Source: Dipteris shenzhenensis
Taxonomy: Eukaryota
Length of the DNA: 64,000 nucleotides
Reading direction: 5' to 3' (one strand)
Assembly: GCA_047967505.1 (NCBI GenBank)
Contig: CM106538.1
The notes beneath the pieces are model-generated. The model searched no databases and was not told the origin of the DNA. It saw only the letters and a program-made list of their open reading frames with translations. Below, in pieces: positions 27,641 through 40,614 of this stretch (position 1 is its first letter; every line of letters starts with the position of its first letter). The translations under genes were made by a program, and so were the position numbers.

Positions 27641-28890
27641 TTGGAAATACAAGAAGCTGAAACTACGGGGGGGCAGGAACCGTGGAAGGACTTTCTTATC
27701 AGCAGCATACAGAGGTGCACACCTTCTTCAGGAGGAGACTGGATGAGCAGTGTTAGGTGGATCTTCACCACAGCACACCTCAGATCACCTTCATCCCCTC
27801 TCATGGTTGCCATTCTGAAACCTTGGGCCAGTTTCAGAAGCACTCTTCGGAGGATTCCTCCTTCCTCTCGGGAAGAGATTGATAGGCAACCCATCATGTG
27901 GAATGACAGTATTTTAGATGATCATGGCAGACCACTGGGTGCTTCACTCTACATGCAGTGGTCCAGGTGGGAGAGGGGACCTGCATCATCTATGGGGTCT
28001 TGGAAAGCTTTCCGCAGGCTTCAGAGGAGACCAAATCAAGGTTGACAGGACATCTCAGAGGGAGTGCAGGGAGGATCTTGCAGATTGAGGCAGCCCTTCC
28101 AGAGGTTTGGGTAGACACAGATGATATGCCACTCACTTCCGCCACTTGGGCAGGTACTTTTACGAGAGGCGATGTTCCGTTTCAAGTTTTGGTCTTTCGA
28201 GATGCACAGGAGGATGCTTTGGTTTTTAGTGTCCAGGACGGTGGTAGATTGCTCAGGTCCACAGAGGACATCTTGCTTGAGTCTGCTTTTCAGCCTATTA
28301 GGGTTGCAGGTCTTTTGGTGCAGGGATCAGATTCAGAGTGGAGACCCCCGGCTACTCTCCACCGGGTCTTGGAGGCTCTGGCTCTATGGGGGAGCTTCCA
28401 TCAGGTGTTTGCAGTGGGACCTTGGAGAGTGGGAGTGGATTGATGCAGGGCATCGAGAGAAGAGCATCCCCTTCTTTCGTTACACGATCAGTAATGCCAG
28501 GAGATATCAGCTCAGTAGCAGAGGCTGGAGACCTTCCAGAGTTCCTCATTGGGAGACATTTGATATCACTGCGGATCTGCAGAGGTGCTTCTGGAGGAGA
28601 CTCTGTAAATCCCACAAGAATAGAAAGATCACTATCTTCTTTTGGCTTTCTATCCATGGTGGGATTGCAGTGAACCTTTGGAGGTCGAGGTTCGGAGCCA
28701 ACCCTACTTGCCCTCGATGCCTCTCTGCTTCGGAGACTATTTGGCATTGCTTATGGGATTGCAGACAGGCGAGGATGATTTGGATGGGGGTAGCCAGGAT
28801 TTTCAGTCACTTTGCCCACTCCCCATTTTTTATGACATGGGGATGCTTCTGCTTAGAGAGGGTCCTACGGGCCATTGAGAGAGTATCTTA
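27641..28890 (+). mobile_element. L1/Tx1-type LINE ORF2 C-terminal fragment (zf-RVT region)
   Basis: FFWLSIHGGI..CPRC..ETIWHCLWDC..ARMIW motif; no EN/RT in fragment. Confidence 0.8.
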
Positions 28891-29339
28891 GCTCGTGCAT
28901 GTTACACCTATCCTGAGTTAATAAATTGTGCAGTATGATGATACACCGATATATATCTCCCAATCATACATTTGTTTATTGCTTTGGGAGCCATCGTCCT
29001 TGTGACAGCTAGGTCTACAGTTTGATGTGTCATTTGCATCTGGCTTGAGCTTCCCCTTGCTGTGTTTGCAACACTTTACAAAAATGGTGATCATTTACAG
29101 TCCTAGGGTGATCCTTGTCTTTTTCATCCCTGGCATTCTGAATCCTGATGTTTGCATGAGACAGGGATTGTTTGCATTGGCGTGGCATTGCTTACTAAGT
29201 TATTTTTACTTTTCTCATTTACTCAGAATTTTGTTTAAAGCCCTCAAAACTCTCTTCTTTCCTTTGTTTGTTTTATAGAAAATTTAATTGTTAGATTGCA
29301 TGTATTCTAGTCTCATGGAGGTATATATTGTTTACATCA

Positions 29340-32300
29340 ACTCTCTCTCTCTCTCTCTAATCCTATCTAGTCTCCCTCCTCCTTCCTGCTTCCTGCTGCC
29401 TACACTCTGCCCCTCCATTGGCGCTGCTCCTCCCGCTCCAGCTCCTCCCTGGGCGCTGCTGCAGCTACCCGCACCCCCCTTCTCGCTCCTCGCTCCCGCT
29501 CCCGCTCAGCCCGCTCAGCCCCCCGCTCCCCTCAGCCCGCTCAGCCCCCCGCCCCTTGCTCCCGCTCAGCCTCCCTTCTCGCTACCCGCACCCCCTCTTC
29601 TCGCTCTTCGCTCCCGCTCAGCCCCTTGCTCCTCGCTCCCGCTCAGCCCCTCTTCTCGCTACCCGCACCCCCCCTTCTCGCTCCTCGCTCCCGCTCAGCC
29701 CCTCGCTCCTTGCTCCCCTCAACCACCGCTCCTCGCTCCCCTCAACCACCCCTCACTCCCCTCAACCACCCCTCGCTCCCCGCTACCCCCCGCTCAGCCG
29801 CTTGCTCCCCTCAGCCACCCCTCGCTCCCCGCTACCCCCTCACTCAGCCACCTCCCTCCCTCCTTTTCTGCTCATCCACCGCACACCCCCCCCCCCTCTT
29901 CTTTGCTCCCCTCGCCACTTTTTTTTTTTTTTTTTTTTGGGAAAAAAAAAAGGAAACCACAACCACCTTTAAAAAAAAATAATAATAAAAAATCTCGCCA
30001 TCTTAGCCTCTCCTCCTCCACCTCTTGGCTGCCTCTCCACTTCAGGCTTCCGCACTACCTCTCCACCACCTCACACATACGTGCCTCCCATTATGGGGGG
30101 TACCGGTGCTCCCGCTCCCGGCTGAACATTAACACTAAGATTTGCACCCGCATCCCAAGAGAATGGGGGACAAAGCCAAGAAAGACGAAAATAACAACAA
30201 CAAAAAAAAAAGCAAACGACACAACTGAATTTGGAGGATGTGAACACACGTTATAACCGAAGTAAACAACAAGGCAAAGGTAGGACCCGCCTCAGCTTCT
30301 TCAGCCTCTATCTCTACCTCAACCTCAACCTCAACCTCAACCTCAACTCCCGCTATAGTGTCAGTTTCGTTTTCAGCTCCAACCTCAGCTCCCTCTATCT
30401 CTATCTCTATCTCTACTTTGACTTCAGTCCTTGCTTCAGGCCCAGCTCTAGTTCCAGTCTCAACTCCATCTACATCTATGATCAGTGACATACTCATGCC
30501 CATGGCACCGGTTGTTGTTCCCTTTCCCTCTTCTCCTGTTACAGCCCTCGCACAGCTTATGACCCCTACTTTGGAGGAGTCATACACTGTGCCGCATTAC
30601 GCTTCACTCTCCCCTCTCCCTCTCTAGTGAGCCCACCCTCCCACATCCCGTTGGGACTGCCTCATCCATTCCACTGTCATCTTCGTTCCTCACTCCGCTT
30701 TCATGCCACAGTCACCACAGTTTCAGCATGGACATGGGTGGACTGACACACCGGAGGCCCGTGAGACCCTACTCACGGAGATACATAGTTTTCGTGAGTG
30801 AGAGATGGAGCTGGCTCGCTTCGCACGGGAGCAGGTCCGCTTCAACCAGGAGTAGAGCCGCATCATACAGGAGCAGGCTAGGGCCATTCTGGAGTAGGCA
30901 GGTCTTATTCAGGGACTCAGACAGGATATCATGCAGCTCCGACAGGAGGTCACAACCATACACACTGCCCCAGGGAGTACCCCGGTGGTCGAGGCACAGA
31001 TTGCGAGCATGCAATCTGCTATTAAGGAGACTTCCAGATGGGTTGACGTGGCCAAACGAGAACCTGCAAGGGTCACCGTTTCGGCTACCCTCATGGAGCA
31101 GCATCAGAGAGCTAGTAAGGCTCTCAACATCAGAGTACGCGGGATCCCACGCACTGAGGCTACACCGATGGTAGATGCGATTGCATTCGTGACTACTACC
31201 CTGGGTGTGGCTGAGCACATGATAGAGAAGGTATGGCGGGTGGGGAGAGATCCCAACCGAGAGCAATCCCTGATCATACGATTTCATGACACTCAGGCAT
31301 GACTTTGAGCCCTACGACGCAGGTCAGCCCTTCGAGATCAGCCAGTGATCTCTATGGATGAGGACCTCACACCTCTACAGGTTGAGGAGAGGCGCTCTTT
31401 GCTGCAGCAGCGGGATCAGGCCCGAAAGGAGGGAAAGTGGGCAGTGGTACGAGAGGGACGACTTCTTAAAGGTCTCATAGGACACCCGTCCCCTCCCCTA
31501 CATAGGGAAGCGGGACCTATGAGACTGAGATATCTGAGACCCTGTCTTGCACCATTTGGAACTGTAATGGTACCTTATGGTCAGAACCATGGAACTTCTC
31601 GGAATCCTATATAGGCCACGACATAGTCTTCTATACAGAGACACATCAGAGTCCAGAGTGCCCTCTCCCAATAGTTAGCGGATATACATGGGAGTCTGCC
31701 TATAGAGATGAGACGAGGGGTATAGGAGGAGTTCGAGGTTCAGGTGGAGTTGCAGTCCTTTTCAGATCCACACTTCGGGGAATCATTTCAGTAAAGCAGA
31801 GAGATACATATTCCAGATTTCTTTGGATACGGATACGACACATGGACAGCCAGGATCTGTTTGTCGCAGTTTGCTACTTCCCCCCGGAGACCTCCCACTT
31901 TGCTAGAGATATTCGAGGTGATGATGAGACATCTCCATTTGCTGTCCTTTATCAGTCCATCGTTGACTTTTCTAGCCGTGGAGAAGTCCCTCTAGTAGGG
32001 GACTTCAACGCGAGGACAAGGGCCCGTCAGGTACCACTTCTTGATTTCAGAGATGATTCCACTCTACTGGCAGATGTTGATCTTGAGGAGGCAGATATGC
32101 TACGGGTTTCAGCTGACAGGCGAGGTCCACTCTCATTCTATGGGCAGGCCCTATTAGACCTAGGCAGAATACATGATCTCATTATCTATAATGGTCTTGA
32201 TAGATGGCCCGCTTCAGGTGGTTTCACATGCTTTCCACATGGGGGGGGGGCTCCAGTGTTGTTGATTACATCATGGGATCCCCTGTCTTCACATCTCGCA

Positions 32301-32975
32301 TTACTGACTTCACTGTAGCACCTCTCCCCCCAGGGGCTGATCATACATACCTTTTCTTTCGCATCTCCACCTCCCTTGGCACAGCACCTTCCACCCCACT
32401 CAGTGCTTACTCCACCTACCACGATATCCGCTTTGATCGGGATCACTCACCTTCTTACTCTGGCCGTCTGTACATACTTCTCGCTTATACTGACTTCATA
32501 CCCCTTTTAGAGGATCGTGCTGCCCTTGTCACCCGCTCACTACACGAGGCTGCCATTCACGCTTTTTCCCACACCACCCGCTCCACCAGCCCACCATCCC
32601 CTGGAACTGTACCCTGTAATAGTTGGTACGATGATGAGTGTAAGGCCTTACGCCGTCAACTCAGATTCAAAACAAAAAACAGTCTTCTGAGCGCACCAGA
32701 TATGCTACGTGAATACCGTAGACTGGTACGGAGGAAGAAACTAGACTTCGTTCGTCGAAACGAGGAGCTACTGAACATTTTGTTTAGTAACAACTCTTAG
32801 GACTTTTGGCGGAGATTTCTAGAAGAACGGTTCTCTCCGCCACTCACTGACACCTTGATCTGGTTTGATTATGCACGCACACTTTATGACATCCCATATC
32901 AGCCATCCCTAGTCTCTCACACATGCCTCGTCCCACATCGTGCACCCTCTTCACTAGAGGAGGGGTAAAGGATGC
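29340..32975 (+). mobile_element. LINE (RTE-X-like) 5' part: pyrimidine-rich leader, ORF1, AP endonuclease
   Basis: ORF1 30931-31500; endonuclease motifs WNCNG, FYTETH, GSGGVAVL, VCYFPP, VGDFNART, SVVDY, ADH, then NSWYDDECK; interrupted by copia LTR at 32976; clade call is inference. Confidence 0.8.
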
Positions 32976-35900
32976 TGTAATGTGTTGGGGTAAAGGCACA
33001 TTGCCACCCTTTTATTAAAGATATGACACCTATGACTGTCTTAAGACAGTCATAGGGTGAAAAACCTAATCCTAATAAAACCTATGAGTTTGTGGTGTGG
33101 CTCAACACTTCACACCCACATCTTTTGTGTCTCCCCTCTCTCTCTCTCTCTCTCCCCATTGTTCCACTCCCTCACTCTTTCCCTCTCAACTGGTATCAGA
33201 GCCTTCACCTCTCCCTCTCCCTCTACCCCTCCCTCTACCCCTCCCTTTCCCCTCGAGCCTCGTGCCCTCAGCAGCCTCAGCAGCGAGCTCGGCATTGAGC
33301 AGGGCAGCGCGCAGGCAGCGTGCGGGCAGCAGCAGGGAAATGTGCAGGCAGCACGCGCGGGCAGCAGCAGGGCATCGCGCAGGCGACGCGCGCAGGTCAG
33401 CGCGCAGGCAACACGGGGCGCTCGCATACGCAGCAGCAGCTAGCTGCTGCTAGCTGCGCACCGCACGATCTGTACGGTCACGTACGGCCGTTCGTACCGT
33501 CGTACGGACACCGTACAGGCGGCCGTACTGTACGGACCCCGCCGTACGGACTGCGTCAAAGAGGCCGCTGCGTCAGGGAAGGTGCATTTCGAATTTCTTT
33601 TTTGGGATTTGTACCCTGCACAGGTACAGCAAGTACAGTAAGTACAGCCTGTACAGCAGGTACAGCAAGTACAGCAGGTACATCAGTTTTTTTTTGGGAA
33701 GAAGAAAAAGAGAGCACTCTGCTCTTCACATTCCCAGTTGTTCAGTTCTCAAAACTGTGTGTTGAAGGTACAGCAAGTACCCTCGTGTCCCTCGTGCTTG
33801 AGGTGACTAGTACCACAGTGTGTGGTGGTTGCACAGTTATCTTGTTTCGGGAAGGTCAAATGCCTTTATTTTGCAGAGGGCTTTTATGCTTTTGCTGAGT
33901 GCAAATCTCAGCTTTTGGGTGACATTTTCAAAGGGCTTTTGCCTGGAAGTTTATGCAGTGTATGCCTTGAGGCAGTGTGGAGCCAGGGTGCCCACATTGA
34001 TCTTGTTTCCGCAGTGTATTCAGTGACATTTCTGCAGGTCACATTTTGTGTACGACACCTTGAAAAATCTCAGTTGAGCCACGCTTGGCCAGGGCGCATC
34101 GAGTTTACTCGGTCCCTAACTGTCCATCGTTGACAGTGCTCAAAAGATTTTCTCTTCAGTGTTTGTACGTTGGGATCTGTGTTGTTATTGTGTACACAGG
34201 GCCGTTTATGCATTGCATTGTCAGGTGAAAGTGCCAGGAGAGCGCTGTATTTTGTATGCTACCTCAGTGTTGAGGTGTTTTTCACTTGGCACAGGTGTCA
34301 AATCAAGGGGCTTTTGCCCAGATTTTGCTTGAGAGCACTTGAGTTACTGTTTGAGACCTTCAGATGCCTTTTATCCCCTTGGCAGAAGGGTGATTGCTTG
34401 GGATTTGTCCCATTCTCTGTTGCAGGTTTGTGACAGGCTGAAGTGTCTGGAGCCTCTTTTCAGTGAACAAAACAGTGTATGATAAGTGGTTTATGCATAT
34501 ACAATCAGTGCAATACCTCATCTGAGGTGGGAGTAGTGTCCAAGACAGCAGTGTTTTGTGCTTCGTCAGCTGATGATGCACTGATAAAGCACTTGTGGAA
34601 CAGCTGCAGCATTCTGAAATTACTGTTTTATGCCTATTTGAGCACGGTACAGTGTGTCAGAAGGTACAGTAACTGGAGGGAAATTTTCTGTTTTGCTGCA
34701 GATTTTTTTTGACAAGTAAAAACAGCACTATTGTGAGTGCTCCTGGCTCTTGATAGAGCAGGTTTTCTGAGAAATCAGAATTTTATTCAGTCATTTTTTT
34801 TTGACTTACAGGGAGTTAGGTACTTTCCTTATCTGATATGGCATCAGGGGGAAGTGAATCATCAATTCTGAACATAAAGAAATTGGAAGGGGCACACAAT
34901 TATGCATTATGGGCAGAACAGTGTTTGAATGTACTTCTGCTAAAGAAGATTTCTAAGCCCATAAGGGTGAAGGGTGTCAAGCCATATGGGATGTCAGATG
35001 ATGAGTGGGAGGAGCTAGATTTGTCCGCGAGGGCTGCTATCATGCTTACTCTCAGTGATTCTCTTGTGTTCAATGTTCAGGCTGAAAAGACCTCTTATGG
35101 CCTATGGCAGAGGCTAGCAGAGTTGTATGCCCAAAAGAGTTCAGCCAGTAAGGTTTATTGGTTGAAGCAGCTGGTTGATCTTCGCATGAAGGAAGGTACA
35201 GCTATGACCTCACACTTGAGTGAGTTCAATGCCATCTTTACACAGCTGATTGCACAGGGGTTGAACCTTGATGAGGAGTTCAAGGCTACTTTCTTGTTGT
35301 GTACCCTCCCTGAGAGTTGGGACACTTTCAAGACCACCCTGTCTAATTCAAATGTCACTCTTATATATGCTGATGTGGAGAGATCCCTCCTTATGGAGGA
35401 GATGAGCAGGAAGAATAATGCGGGCAGCAAGTCTTCAAATGCTTTGCAGGTACAGGAAAGAGGCAGGACTCAGCAGAAGGGGAGATCTGCTGGAAAGTCC
35501 AAATCCCGCAGTCAGTCCCGTGGCAAAAAGGATATTGAATGCTTTTACTGTGGCAAGAAGGGACATGTGAAGTCTAAGTGCTTCAAGTTTATACGGGATC
35601 ATAAAGCCAAGAAGGCTGAGACAAAGGATGCAGGCAGTGGAAGCAAAGGCAAAGGCAAGGCCAAGGCAGATGACTTGGATGCAGTGAATGTTGCAGCAGA
35701 AGACAGTGAAAGTGACAGACATGATGTTTTATGCTCTTCTGCTGTAATTGCACATACATTGGTTATTGATGGCCATGACATGCACACGTGGCTCTTGGAT
35801 TCAGGTGCTTCTTTTCATGTTACTCCTCATAGGGAGTGGTTTACTTCCTACACAGGTACTCATGGAGTTGTTCACCTTGGGAACAACTATGCATGTCAGA

Positions 35901-38160
35901 TTTCAGGGATTGGCAGTATACAGATAGTATTCCCTGATGGACGCATATTTATGCTTAATGGTGTTCGCCATGTGCCGCAAATCAAGAAAAATCTGATTAG
36001 CACTGGCTTGTTGGATGACAGTGGTTACCACACCACATTTGGGGATTCCAAATGGGTGATTACTGATGGCCAGGTTGTAGTGGCTGAGGGTTATAAGAGT
36101 GATACCTTGTACCCTCTTTATGTTTCCAGTGTAGGTAATCATGTTGTTGCCATAACCGAGTTGCCAAAGGTTTCATTGTGGCATAGCCGGTTGGGACACA
36201 TGTCCGTTAAAGGAATGCAAGAACTGTCACGTTTGGGTTATCTACCGTCTCTTTCATTTTCAGATTTGCCTACATGTGATCATTGCATATTTGGCAAGCA
36301 TTCTATGACTCCTCATAAGAGGAGAACTCCCCAAAATAGAGCACCGCTTGATCTAGTGCACACTGATTTGTGTGAGATGCCACAGCTATCACCGGGGGTG
36401 CAAAGTATTTCATTACTTTTATTGATGATGCCACACGCAGAGTGTGGGTCTATTTCTTGAAGCATAAAAGCGATGCCTTAGATGCTTTCAAGAAGTTTGT
36501 CGCTCAGGTTGAGAATCGGACAGGTCGCAGGTTGAAATGCCTCAGATCCGATAATGGGGGTGAGTATGTGTCACATGCTTTTGTACAGTTTTGCGAGGCT
36601 AAGGGCATTAAACAGGAACTCACAACCCCTCATAATGCATCTCAAAATGGTGTGAGTGAGCGGATGAATCGAACTATTCAGGAGAAGGTTCGATGTATGT
36701 TGTCTTATGCTGCATTGCCCCATGGCTTTTGGGCAGAAGCCGTGCAAACAGCAGTTCACATAATTAACAGGTCGCCGAACAAGGCTTTGGAGTTGAAAGT
36801 GCCAGAGGAGGTGTGGTCTGGCAAGCCACCTTCATATAAGCACTTACGTGTGTTTGGCTGCGAGTGCTTTGCTCATATACGCAAAGAACTGCGCATCAAA
36901 CTGGAGCCAAAGTCTTCCAGATGCATCTTTATGGGTTATGGTGACGAAGGTGAAATGGGGTACAGGTTATGGGATCCCGTTAAACGGAAGATTATATGCA
37001 GCAATGATGTCATCTTTAAAGAGGATAGTGTACACAAAGAACCCGTGCAACCTGTGGAATACAGGAGGGTTATTTATGATGATGTCGGACAGCAAAGAAT
37101 GCCCATTTATATGCAGCAGCAGGCTGCTGCAGATAACCCTGTTCAAGAGGGTATACAGGCTGAAAATCAGCCAGATAATTTTGCCAATGATGCACCACTG
37201 GATATGCCAGCAAATGGGGCTGTAGAACAGCCAAATATGGTGGTACAGCCCCCCGTCATGCATGACGAACAGGCTAGACAGCAGCCTAATCCGGAACATT
37301 TTGTTAGGAGGAGCACCCGTGTACAACGGCCTCCTGACAGGTTTGTTCCAGGAGCCAATAATGTGGCTGATTTTATTATGCTGACAGATTGTGGTGAGCC
37401 TTCCAGTTTCAAGGAAGCTATGGGAAGAACAGAGAAAAGGAAGTGGGAGAAAGCCATGCAGTCAGAAATGGACTCCCTACTTCAAAATGATACATGGGAC
37501 TTGGTGCAGCTACCTGCAGGCAGAAAGGTTTTGCCATGCAAGTGGGTTTACAAAGTCAAAGTGGATTCAAATGCTTTACCGAGGTATAAGGCCAGATTGG
37601 TTGCCAAGGGATTTAAGCAGGAGAAGGGCATTGACTTTGATGAGATTTTTTCTCCTGTAGTCAAGATGACTACTTTGAGAGCAGTGTTAGCTCTTGTTGC
37701 TCATGAGGACATGGATTTATGTCAGATGGATGTGAAGACTGCTTTTCTTCACGGAGATCTCCATGATGAGATCTATATGAGTCAGCCAGAGGGATATGCT
37801 GTTAAAGGGAAAGAGCAGCTTGTGTGTAAGCTCAAGAGGAGCTTGTATGGACTCAAGCAGGCGCCAAGAGAATGGTACAAGAAGTTTGATGCCTTCATGC
37901 AGTCCCAAGGGTATCATAGGTGTGAGACCGATCATTGCTTGTACACCAAACGGGCAAAGGATGGCAGTTTGATGCTACTCATTCTATATGTGGATGACAT
38001 GCTAATTGCCAGTAAATCTCAGCAGGAGATTAGTGCTTTGAAGAAGCAACTGCATAAGTCTTTTGACATGAAAGACTTGGGTGATGCAAACCATATTCTT
38101 GGCATGCGGATTACTCGTGACAGGTCCAAGGAACTTTTGTTTCTGTCACAGAAGGAGTAC
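32976..38160 (+). mobile_element. Ty1/copia retrotransposon, near-intact gag-pol but 3'-truncated
   Basis: LTR 32976-33188 (TG..CA), PBS tggtatcagagcc 33191-33203; ORFs 34838-36460 and 36442-38196 joined by one frameshift near 36390; gag, CFYCGKKGH, WLLDSGAS, integrase, RT LYVDDM; stops at LSQKEYI. Confidence 0.93.
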
Positions 38161-38302
38161 ATTTTGCATTTTGCATTGGTATGGATGCTCGTTTAGTAGC
38201 TCCACTACCACAGCTCGTTGTATTAGGATTTTCATAGTCTCATAGACCCATCGGTCTTCCGAAGACTTTAATAAACTTTCTTTCTTTCTTTCTTTCTTTC
38301 TT
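38161..38302 (+). mobile_element. LINE 3' tail (stem-loops, AATAAA, (TTTC)n)
   Basis: gtctcatagacccatcggtcttccgaagactttaataaac(tttc)n; homologous to tails at 390-441(-) and 47868-47946(-). Confidence 0.75.
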
Positions 38303-38584
38303 ACCGTGACTATTTTGGACACTTTAGGATTTGATATAATTAAACTCCTATAGAGAATTGTAGTCCTTGTCCTGTGCTAGGGGATGAGGCAAGTGATGGT
38401 CTTAATCAAGATTTTGCAAAACAAATTGATGTAAAGTAAGCTAAGTTTATTGACTGAATTTAGAGCCATGCTTGTTATATGACGAGAGGGCTTTTAGAAT
38501 TTGGCATTTTAGTTGTTGTATGGAAGCCTTTCAGTTGCAATGTTTGTATTCATTGTCATATGTTGTGGATTTGTTTGTTGACAG

Positions 38585-38669
38585 ATTCACGAGAGAACAG
38601 GTTCAACAACTTGACAAAAATAAGCTGTGGGCAAGAGCCTTGGATGGCTCTGACTATCTACCTGGAATG
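38585..38669 (+). CDS. USP39: USP39/Sad1 exon (RFTREQVQQLDKNKLWARALDGSDYLPGM)
   Basis: tgacag|A acceptor completes the AG+A Arg codon from the previous exon; ATG|gtatgc donor. Confidence 0.93.
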
Positions 38670-38762
38670 GTATGCACAATCAGTTGACGCTTATTCTGAA
38701 TTTTCAAAGATCTTACCAACCTGCATTAGCCTTAAATTGGTTCCAAATGCATTTGGCTTCAG

Positions 38763-38948
38763 GTGGGCCTTAACAATATAAAGGAGACTGATTTCGTGAA
38801 TGTGACTATACAGTCACTAATGCGTGTCACTCCACTCAGAGATTTTTTCCTGATTCCTGAAAATTATAAAATTTGCAAGTCTCCCCTTGTTCAAAGATTT
38901 GGGGAGTTGACGAGGAAGATTTGGCATCCACGGAATTTTAAAGGGCAG
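38763..38948 (+). CDS. USP39: USP39/Sad1 exon containing degenerate Cys-box (VGLNNIKETDFVNVTIQSL...KIWHPRNFKGQ)
   Basis: ttcag|GTG, CAG|gtaatg; 186 nt, phase 0-0. Confidence 0.95.
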
Positions 38949-39889
38949 GTAATGATCAAATTACTGGATATGTAAGCAATCTTTTATTGCATGTGTAGGA
39001 ACTGCTGACAACAAGTTTTCCTCTTCAGAATTTCAATTCAAAGGTCTCTTCTAGTTTCTGATTTCTACTCGAAGGTGCCATTTTACTTAACTGTTCTAAG
39101 GTAAGTGAGGATTCCAATGTGTCACGTATGTTCTTTGTACATACAATGCATATATCTTTCTATCAGAATGGCTGGTAATAGATTCCTTGCAGAAATCACA
39201 GATGCTGACCACAATCCATATTAATTAGAGAAAACAGATCCACCTATAAGTGGAGAGAGAATATGTTTGGACTGACACAACAACTAAGATATGGAAACCT
39301 CTAGAAAATATTTCATGCTAAGAGTTCTATGAAATGCCGAGGTGCAATGTGACCCCTCAATAGATAGCTCGAAAAACTAACGGAACCAAAACCCAAAATC
39401 TCTTAGCACATTCATCTTTAATTATAACATTCATCGACAGGGCTGTCATGTCACTTGCATGAGTTCTATCATAGAAGTTTTTGTTTTGAAATATTAAAAA
39501 TAAAAAAGCCCTTAAGTTTGTTAGAGGGAGAGGAGAGAGGTGAAGGAGATAGTTTGAACATAGAGAGGGGAGAGGGTGGGCAATTAATGAAGAGGAAGCT
39601 CCCTCCAACTGTGCAGTCTAGTGCTGTTGGACCCCTCTGAACTTCCAAGGATATTCACTGAAACACCGCTTTGCAATGCAGCAATGACATGTTCCATCTT
39701 TCCCCATCTACCCAAGCTGTGGACCAATAGGAAGGGGGGGGTGTACCGCTGGTTGGTGGTTGGACCAAAGCCATGTCCAAAGTTTGGAGAGGAGGTTGTT
39801 GCTGGAGCTAGTGTTTCACGTGCGAGGGGTCCAGGGGGAGGCCGCCAGATTAAAACATCTGACCAATGCAATTGGTGCCTCTGACTCAG

Positions 39890-40610
39890 GAACGGATCAG
39901 ATTGGATGGCAGAGATGCTCACGCTCATGCCTTAATTGCATTGCTAGTTAAGAGGATGATAATCCCTCACGTTAGACCTTGCAGGACTGCAAAGGATGCT
40001 TAGGATAAGGTGGCCTCTTTGCATCAGATTCACAATGAAGCATGGGTTGCATATCTGTAGAAGCAGGTAGATGGTTCAAGATGGATGAAGGGGAAAGTAT
40101 GGATGCCTCTCTGCTGACTATTGGTTTACAATGATGAGTTTGTGCGAGCTAGTCAGATTGGGTACTCAACTCTGAGTGGACTTCTTGACTCATATCAAGG
40201 GTTTGCAAACACGCTGTGGTTGGTCAACATCGGTAATCCCAACCACTACAGCTTTGATTAGTTGGTCACTTTATTGTTGTAGGAGGAGCAAAGCCATGCT
40301 AATCGGAATGCCTCTATTTCAGATGATCAGGTTTTTGCTACCCATCATAAGGGTAATTAAAAAACAAGAAAGCCTTGTGGGAAACCCATGCATAATTATG
40401 GTAGTACTTATAATGCCAACAAGAATGCACAAAAGAAAGAAGAGATGCAATTATTGCAAGAAACTACATCATGATATCTTTCAATGCCGGAAGCACATAG
40501 AATCAGAAAAGCTGCAGCAGCAGTCTAGCCTCGCAGTTATTGATGCTTCATCTTCACATGAGAAAGATGAATCAGCCAATGTTGCATAACATGATTGGGC
40601 TTTTTGTTGG
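39890..40610 (+). mobile_element. Degenerate copia gag, same family as the 2.1-11.4 kb element
   Basis: DGRDAHAHALIAL, CNYCKKLHHDIFQC, ANVA*HDWAF; multiple stops. Confidence 0.75.
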
Positions 40611-40614
40611 AGCC

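Noticed and set aside
29288-30256. Proline-rich/extensin-like 322-aa ORF
   Set aside because: Low-complexity C-rich repeat open in all three frames; part of the LINE leader.
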